From Octopus bimaculoides (taxonomy: Eukaryota), in assembly GCF_001194135.2 (NCBI RefSeq), contig NC_068992.1, forward strand, positions 13,369,119-13,410,339: 41,221 nucleotides of DNA, given 5' to 3'. Shown here piece by piece: positions 38,817-41,221 of this stretch. Numbering within the stretch: position 1 is the first letter of the stretch; each line of letters begins with the position of its first letter. The translations under genes and the position numbers were made by a program. The notes below the pieces were generated by a model. That model ran no database searches, was not told where the DNA came from, and was given only the letters and a program-made list of their open reading frames with translations.

Positions 38817-39015
38817 TCCAAATGCAAGTAAAACCTGTTCTGAATGAATGAACATTATTAAAGAAATAATTCTAAAAGTAATATTAATTAATAAAGTCTA
38901 TAATTCCCTGCATATTATTTCTAGTTATATTTCTAATACACCCTGTATAAAATATATCACAGGAGGTGAACCGAGATAAATTATAAAATGCATTTTCCTG
39001 AAATGGTTATGTATA

Positions 39016-39259
39016 TGCACACGCACACACACGCATACATGGATGATACATACATACGCACACATAAACGCGCACACACCAATACACATATATTCATGTA
39101 TATGTGCGTGTGCGCGCGCGCGGTGCGTGTGTACGCGCGTGCGTTTGCGCGTGTGTGTGTATACATATGTGTGGGTTTTTTTATGTGTATGTGTGTATGC
39201 ATGTACGTATATATACATATACATACATACGCGCGCGCACACACACACACACGCACATA

Positions 39260-39306
<47 letters not shown>
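39016..39306. repeat. Compound (CA)/(GC)/(TG)/(TA) microsatellite
   Basis: Directly visible, ends at an N-gap. Confidence 0.9.
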
Positions 39307-41197
39307 NNNNNNNNNNNNNNNNNNNNNNNNNNNNNNNNNNNNNNNNNNNNNNNNNNNNNNNNNNNNNNNNNNNNNNNNNNNNNNNNNNNNNNNNNNNNNN
39401 NNNNNNNNNNNNNNNNATATATATACCCACCCAAATGTATATGGATCAGCGTATTTGAAAATGTTATTCAAAGTAAAGAATACCTGATACAGTTTCAATA
39501 TTTTAAGTAAGACTTACATGGAATTTGTTAACTGTTGAAAAAATATACTTAGAGGAACGGAATAACACGAAACTCTTGAAATGGAATTTTTGTATAGCTT
39601 TTCAATTTTTCAAACACGCGTGTACAGAGGAAGGTGTACAGAGGAAGGTGAATGTTACTAATGGCGTTGAATATTTCCAATTTTCTACCGGATTTACAAT
39701 ATTTTATTGAATAATTATTACTTATGCATTTTGTAGATAAGTTTTTCTTCATTTTCAATTGCGGAAATAGTAAAAATTCTCCATTTACAAAAATGTCTAT
39801 ATTTTGGCAACTAGGAATATTTTGATTCATAAATTTTACTTTGCTCTTTGTAAGTTAATTTTAATCCTGTTTGTCCGTTGCAATCCTTATTGCGTAGTGA
39901 AAATTTGCTGCAACAAAAGAAATTGTCTGCTAGCTAATGTGGTTGGCATTCATCATAATTTATTTCCTGTTCTTCAGTCTGTTGTTCTTTCTCGATCCTT
40001 TTAATTAAGAGATCCTTCGACAAGGTTCCCGAAAGTTAGTTACTCACATATTACTAGAATGATGTGAATTATGCCTATTTTAGGAGTCTATTGAAATTTA
40101 GTAGTTGTTTTTACCTGTTCATAATTTATTTTTCGAGGATGAGATATTTGATATAAAATCAGTAACTATCGTTCAACTGAATACTGTGGTCTCTAGGATG
40201 ATAAAATACCAAATATACCTGTTATCATTTGCAATCTAATTGTGAGTGTTTCTCCATGAAACAGAGGTCGGGATTGCTTTTACTTTTCTTATACCATGAT
40301 TTATCCGATTTTGAGAGTATTTTTACTTCTGAAGAACATTTTTAGTTCTACCAGTAATTTCGCTCTTTATTTGAGTATGCTGGACGTCTATTAATCGTAA
40401 TGATAGATGATGCCACTATAAGGAGATATCTGGACATCACTGTATTATTTCAATACTACACAAGTATCAGATACTGAATCCGCATGACATTCAGAATCAA
40501 GATACCCGGCAATTAGGATTTATAAGAAGGTATCTTTCTCTCCTCCAAGGATTGTGTGACGACAGCTACGGAGCCCATTTCTGGCGAATTTTCATGCTAA
40601 GTAACCCATACGGAGCATCCTGGTAGTTGGTACGACTCAACTTCAGAGAGGATCTGGGAGCAACCTCGTTTCAACCTAATCTCTTGTAATTTTCACTTTG
40701 TAATTTTTTCTTTAACTCTAGCATTTATATTTTTAGTTTATCAACGTTAAACATGACTTTCCTTGTTCAAATTCTTTTATATATGGCGTTCTATTATACC
40801 AAAATTATCAACTGTTGGCTCTTTCATATTTTACTAAATTTCTCTCTATCCTTCTATAGAAAATTAATTCAATTAAATTTGTTATTTAATATCTTCCATG
40901 TATAAGTGTTTCGAAATTGACTGTCTGCTTTGATATATTATATTTGAAGTATACGTCTAACCATGGGAGTCCGTTGACCGAATAATCTAGGTTATTATTT
41001 GAATGAATTTATAAATTATATAATTTATATTATATAGTTTAATGCAGACAGGTATATAATCTATTATTTATTATAAAATAATATAAAATAAATTATTACT
41101 ACATGTTAGTAAAGTGTGAGACAATTCTAATTGGTTATGGATATCCAATAATAAAAGTTTATTAGTCGTGCACTTTCCTCTCTTGCTCTCCTCCTAT

Positions 41198-41221
41198 CTC
41201 TCTCTCTCTCTCTCTCTCTCT
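41198..41221. repeat. (CT)n microsatellite, truncated by the window end
   Basis: Directly visible. Confidence 0.9.

Noticed and set aside
39960-40700. Complex-looking sequence suspected to be a LINE/PLE remnant
   Set aside because: I found no ordered protein motifs or convincing ribozyme fold in any frame or strand.

Overview
AT-rich, microsatellite-saturated eukaryotic DNA from a gapped short-read assembly. There are 12 N-gaps totalling about 2.6 kb (620-629, 5094-5349, 6296-6461, 7585-7810, 8665-8732, 14667-14744, 16600-17032, 18087-18192, 21640-21877, 28505-28777, 33317-33952, 39307-39416), nearly all bordered by dinucleotide tracts. The SINE families look like those I recall from Octopus genomes, so the source is probably an octopus (recognition from memory, not a database result). 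I cannot support any host protein-coding gene, rRNA, functional tRNA or CRISPR array, and most long ORFs in the track are microsatellite or gap artefacts. Supported content: (i) about 10 copies of three tRNA-derived SINE families, here called A, B and C; (ii) decayed LINE relics, namely two R4/Dong-like pieces with RT, zinc-knuckle and restriction-like endonuclease motifs, one CR1/L2-like RT scrap and one RTE-like 3' end; (iii) a Tc1 transposase relic; (iv) two long imperfect foldback structures (1762-2256, 20227-21115), the first carrying a hammerhead-ribozyme-like motif in each arm, consistent with Penelope-like pseudo-LTR remnants; (v) a 13-unit repeat/spacer minisatellite built on a TTCCTGGAA palindrome (23121-23558); (vi) an identical 21-nt 5' flank shared by two oppositely oriented SINE B copies 20 kb apart.
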